Assembly: GCA_051362555.1 (NCBI GenBank)
Contig: CM120643.1
Location: forward strand, 18,356,848-18,420,847
Length of the DNA stretch: 64,000 bases
DNA from: Lingula anatina
Taxonomy: Eukaryota; Animalia; Brachiopoda
Direction: 5' to 3'
Part shown: in pieces, positions 36,757 through 64,000 of the stretch
Layout: each line of letters begins with the position of its first letter
Position numbering within the stretch: position 1 is the stretch's first letter
Notes under the pieces: model-generated
What the model was told of the DNA's origin: nothing
The model's input: only the letters and a program-made list of their open reading frames with translations
Databases searched by the model: none
Program-made: the position numbers and the translations under genes

Positions 36757-37849
36757 AAAATAGTTTCTACACCCTATATCCTTGGATTCCAGTAGAATAT
36801 GGTATGTGGCCCTTTTCCTGTACAAAGATATTTGCTTGGTACAGGCAAGAACATTTGATTCACCATGTAGCCTAGGACATGATTACTAGCATTTGGTATA
36901 TGGTCTCTCTCCTTTAGTTAGATATTTGCTCTGTATAAACAGGGATATTTGATTCACCCTGTAGCCTCGGATGTCCCAAGCTTTTGGTTTAAGTGGTCTG
37001 GCTGATGTAGCACTGAGATAACCGAGGGAAGTAAAGAGACTGGCTGTTTACTCAAGTGTACAGTGGAAAGTAGGACAGGCACATAGAGGGAGGTTGACTG
37101 GTGCAGATCACCATCTTGAATTATCACTGGCTTCACCCCTTGTTGTCCGCGTGGGCCTGTGTTGATCATGGCTTTTAGGTATAGATTTTAGTGTTTGATC
37201 ACCTGGTGAAACTATACCTGGTCGTCAGTTTATTTATTTTTATTTTAAAAATGTATTGAGTCAAGATAAAAAATGTTAATCCATTGTTACTCTGTGGCCG
37301 TAAGACCAAGTTTAAGTAAGAAATTAGTTCAAGTCTGTTCTTGAACTCAGTGTGTTTAAGGTAAGGCTGAAATCACAACTGAATGAAAAAGCTTAGCCAG
37401 GAAATAGTCTGGCATTCATCCCTACCCCCACCTCTCTTAACCAATCATTATCTGATTTCAGTCACTAGATTTGTTGAATGTAAAAGAAGTCTATAGACAT
37501 TTCAATGTGTCAAGATAGTTCAATGCAAAACCATAGCAAAACCACTTTATGTGTATATATATGCCATTCTTCTTAATGTGCACTTATTTTATATTTATTT
37601 GCAATTTATCTGCTTTAAATCAGGTGGTGATAAAGAAAATATCTTGTTCCGGTCCATTGTAAATTTAAAAAGTTATACAGCAAATAAGTAACTCATTTGT
37701 GACCATTTCTTATTTTTGTTCCAACAGTTTAGATTGCACAACATCCAAGTTCTTATTGTTCATTATTAACCATCTTGTTTTTCAGATTCAGGCTACGTAG
37801 AGGTTGACTAGTACAGGAGTTAACAGGCATAGTCAGCCATCAGTCTAGA

Positions 37850-37876
37850 ATGGAAAACGGTAAAGCATCGAGTTGA
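37850..37876 (+). promoter_or_regulatory. uORF (MENGKASS*) in the predicted CHD 5' UTR
   Basis: AGAATGG context (A at -3, G at +4) between acceptor ttttcAG 37785 and main ATG 37930. Confidence 0.5.
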
Positions 37877-37929
37877 TCTTTGACACACTGCAACAGGCGA
37901 ATAGCGAACAGATTGCACAGCCAAGCAAC

Positions 37930-63958
<26,029 letters not shown>

Positions 63959-64000
63959 GTGGGTTGTGAAAACTAACTCTTAAGATGTATTTTTAAAAAA

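Noticed and set aside
37873-37929. ORF-track N-terminal extension of the 760-aa ORF (TTG start)
   Set aside because: Eukaryotic gene; ATG 37930 has a good context and gives the family-typical MAD...SLFD start.

Overview
Animal (invertebrate) genomic DNA, AT-rich with GT-AG spliceosomal introns. The repeat content suggests a lophotrochozoan or mollusc, which is inference only. Most ORFs in the supplied track are spurious or are exon fragments. Three spliced genes were reconstructed by hand, all on the + strand: (1) RGK-family (Rad/Rem/Gem) small-GTPase-like gene A, 5 coding exons, 6605-11297, 287 aa; (2) tandem paralog B, 4 coding exons, 20868-27603, 320 aa, followed by a decayed copy of its exon 3 at 29056-29259; (3) a CHD6-9/kismet-type chromatin remodeller starting at ATG 37930, with 18 coding exons (1866 codons) in the window and running off the right edge. 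Both RGK proteins keep the RGK C-terminal tail but have Arg in place of the P-loop Lys and lack the G3 Asp, so they are candidate pseudo-GTPases. They sit among CRE and AP-1 sites. The RGK-CHD adjacency mirrors the four human RGK/CHD6-9 chromosome-arm pairings. CHD introns carry many non-autonomous DNA elements. The most notable is a 5.7-kb element inserted in a (CA)n tract, with symmetric ends built on an AACCGAGGAC motif, an internal higher-order tandem array and nested MITEs. No rRNA, tRNA or CRISPR features were recognised.
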